Shown: in pieces, positions 61,352 to 64,000 of the stretch
Layout of the letters: the number at the start of each line of letters is the position of its first letter
Position numbering within the stretch: position 1 is the first letter of the stretch
Source of the DNA: Octopus vulgaris
Lineage: Eukaryota
DNA length: 64,000 nucleotides
Assembly (NCBI GenBank): GCA_951406725.2
Contig: OX597833.1
Coordinates: forward strand, 47,988,001-48,052,000
Direction: 5' to 3'
Position numbers and translations under genes: made by a program
The notes under the pieces: model-generated
Told to the model about the DNA's origin: nothing
Databases searched by the model: none
The model's input: the letters and a program-made list of their open reading frames with translations, nothing else

Positions 61352-61628
61352 AAGCAAATTCTGTTGTGTCTGGAGAGAGTCATTTTCTTTTTGTGCCTTA
61401 TAATTTAACACACACACCGGTAAAATTTCTACTTCTTTTTTTTCCTAAAATTTTTGTTTCGTCTTGCAACCTTTTCAATAGTCTTGACTATTGAAAAGGT
61501 TGCAAAACGCAACGAAAATTTTAGGAAAATAAAAATAAGAAATAAGTGGAAATTTTACCAGTGAGTGTGTTAAATTATAAGAAAATTCAAGAAGAAAATG
61601 ACTCTCCCCAGACACAACAGAATATGCT
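61352..61628. repeat. ~275-bp near-perfect palindrome (Penelope-like inverted duplication)
   Basis: Arms meet at AATAGTC-TT-GACTATT. Confidence 0.85.
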
Positions 61629-62023
61629 TCAACACACCAACTCATATAAAGGATCTTGCAAACCATATCCAAAAACGAAATAATCAAAAGCAAACTCTGG
61701 TCTTGAATAAAATGTGGTATGAATTAATTGTATATTTAGATTTCAATTAGGCACACTCTTTCTTTCCATCTTATTTGGCTTTTTTACTGGAATCTTGTGA
61801 AGAGAGGCCTTTTACACCAAAAAGATAAAGTATTTTCGTTTTGTTTTTTACTTTCTGCATTGTAAGAAACTTTCCTTATTTCTCATTTCATTTATTATTC
61901 CAATTACATTATTTTCAGGAAATATTTATACATGATAAAGAAATACCGAGAATAATATCGGTTTCAAATTTTAGCACAAGACTAGCAATTTTGGAAGAGG
62001 AAGTAATACAATTACATCAACAT

Positions 62024-62142
62024 AGGCGCAGGAGTGGCTGTGTGGTAAGTAGCTTGCTTACATGGTTCCAGGTTCAGTCGCATTGCGTGGCACCTTGGGC
62101 AAGTATCTTCTACTATAGCCTCGGGCCGACCAAAGCCTTGTG
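62024..62142 (+). mobile_element. SINE family A 5' fragment
   Basis: Head homology. Confidence 0.85.
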
Positions 62143-62171
62143 AACTCACACGCACACATACACACTCACGC

Positions 62172-62206
<35 letters not shown>

Positions 62207-62207
<1 letters not shown>

Positions 62208-62716
62208 TAGCAGTATCGCCCGGCGTTGCTCGGATTTGTAAGGGAAATAACTATATAAGCATTTTTAGAGAGTTACTTCCCTTATAGATGCCAATTCGGG
62301 CTTTCTTAGCCATTTCTGTTTTGCTGTCTTCAAGCCATGAAGTCGTTGTTCTAAAAGAACGCTGGTCTCCTTGACAACGCATTACGACGTTGATTTCTTT
62401 ACACTCCCTTCCTCACAGCTTCACGAGTGAGGGAAGGGGGAGAAGCAAACAGGTGCAGCTGTGAGCGTGGACGCCAACTCCGCCGCCATCGACACACGAA
62501 AAATTATGCATTAAAATGGAATAAAAAATGATGTTAAATTATTTTTAAAATCGTAGACTCCTCGTTGACGCGCGCTAATAGCCAGACGGGCTCGATATGA
62601 ATCACGACTATAAGATACCCGAATTTGGTTAAACTGCACCGCAAAATGTGGGAGGAGTTAGGAATCTAAATCGAAGGGGACAGACACTCACACAACTAGA
62701 GTTTTATATATATAGA
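62207..62716 (-). mobile_element. Non-autonomous Helitron, subfamily 2, with extra internal segment
   Basis: 5' TC, 3' CCGAGCAACGCCGGG hairpin and CTAG|T. Confidence 0.82.
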
Positions 62717-62763
62717 TATATATACTTAAATGTTCATCAGTGTTTTGTTTCTTTCTATTTACA

Positions 62764-63140
62764 TACTCTTTTACTCTTTTACTTGTTTCAGTCATTTGAC
62801 TGCAGCCATGCTGGAGCAACGCCTTTAGTCGAGCAAATCGACCCCGGGACTTATTCCTTGTAAGCCAAGTACTTATTCTATCGGTCCCTTTTGCCGAACC
62901 GCTAAGTGACGTAAACACACCAGCATCGGTTGTCAAGCAATGCTAGGGGGACAAACACAGACACACAAACATATATACGACAGGCTTCTTTCAGTTTCCG
63001 TCTGCCAAATCCACTCACAAGGCATTCGTCGGCCCGGGGCTATAGCAGAAGACACTTGCCCAAGATGCCACGCAGTGGGACTGAACCCGGAACCATGTGG
63101 CTGGTTAGCAAGCTACTTACCACCCAGCCACTCCTGCGCC
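62764..63140 (-). mobile_element. SINE family A, young
   Basis: Family homology. Confidence 0.94.
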
Positions 63141-63675
63141 TATAAATATATAAATAAGTCCTATTTTTTTTTCTCTTTCCTATCTCTCTCTCCTTCGCTT
63201 TCTCCATCTCTCACTTTCTTCATTTATACAATTCACATACATACATAGATATATACATAATTACATCTATACACAATACATATATACATACATCGTAGAT
63301 ACATACACAGTTCGAAATCAGGTTATGTTTTCATTCGTTACAATATGTCTAGACACATTGATACTACCGTATTGCTAATCAGATTTCATTTTCTAACCGA
63401 AAATTGAAAAAGCAAATCTCTCTGTCTCTCCCTCTCTCTCTCTGTGACTCTCTCTATCTCATTCTCTCTCTCTCTCTGTCACTCTCTCTCTTTCATTCTC
63501 TATCTCACTCTTTCGTACCTAAAAATAGCAGCCAAATCCCTCATAATTCTTAGACATCAACCCAAGTGCGTAACTGGTACTTATTGACGGTCTGAGTTCA
63601 AATTCCGCCGAGGTCAACTTTGCCTTTTATCCTTCGGGGTCGATAAATTAAGTACCAGATAAGAGATATATATAT

Positions 63676-63902
63676 ATGTATGTATGTGTGTGTATATGTT
63701 TCTGTGTTTGTCCCCCAAACATTGCTTGACAACTGATGCTGGTGTGTTTACGTCCCTGTAACTTAGCGGTTCAGCAAAAGAGACCGATAGAATAAGTACT
63801 AGGCTTACAAAGAATAAGTCCTGGGGTTGATTTGCTCGACTAAAGGTGGTGCTCCAGCATGGCCCAGTCAAATGACTGAAACAAGTAAAAGAGTAAAAGA
63901 GA
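63676..63902 (+). mobile_element. SINE family A 3' half, preceded by a family M fragment
   Basis: Family homology. Confidence 0.88.
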
Positions 63903-64000
63903 TATGTGTGCATGCACACACACACACACACAATGAGCTTCCACTCAGTTTCCATGTACCAACCATAAGGTTTTGATCAACCCAGGGCTATAGTAGAAGA

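Overview
AT-rich, repeat-dominated eukaryotic DNA with no prokaryotic features. The SINE, RTE and microsatellite content looks like an octopus (coleoid cephalopod) genome; this is inferred from recognising the repeats, not from a database search. None of the supplied ORFs looks like a real host gene: they are translations of SINEs, microsatellites or decayed LINE/transposase fragments. The window holds about 24 copies of one tRNA-headed SINE (my label: family A) and three other SINE types (C, D, M). It also holds many RTE-LINE 3' ends, decayed RTE and CR1-like ORF2 pieces, four non-autonomous Helitrons, and piggyBac-, hAT-, Merlin- and pogo-like DNA elements. Several Penelope-like remnants carry minimal hammerhead-ribozyme motifs. 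Strong minus-strand splice sites suggest the window is mostly the 5' introns of a minus-strand transcript starting near 59.4 kb (candidate exons ~59259-59400, 58997-59135, 20121-20157, 5301-5381). Most notable: (1) a head-to-head duplicated element joining a tRNA-type Pol III head to a hammerhead-bearing Penelope-like tail (8615-9106), i.e. a candidate Penelope-mobilised ribozyme SINE; (2) a pre-tRNA-Ala/SINE-tail chimera; (3) a CR1-like LINE whose 3' hairpin matches the family A tail; (4) a pre-miRNA-shaped intronic hairpin. Boundaries of diverged repeats are approximate (about +/-10 bp). All alignments were done by eye.
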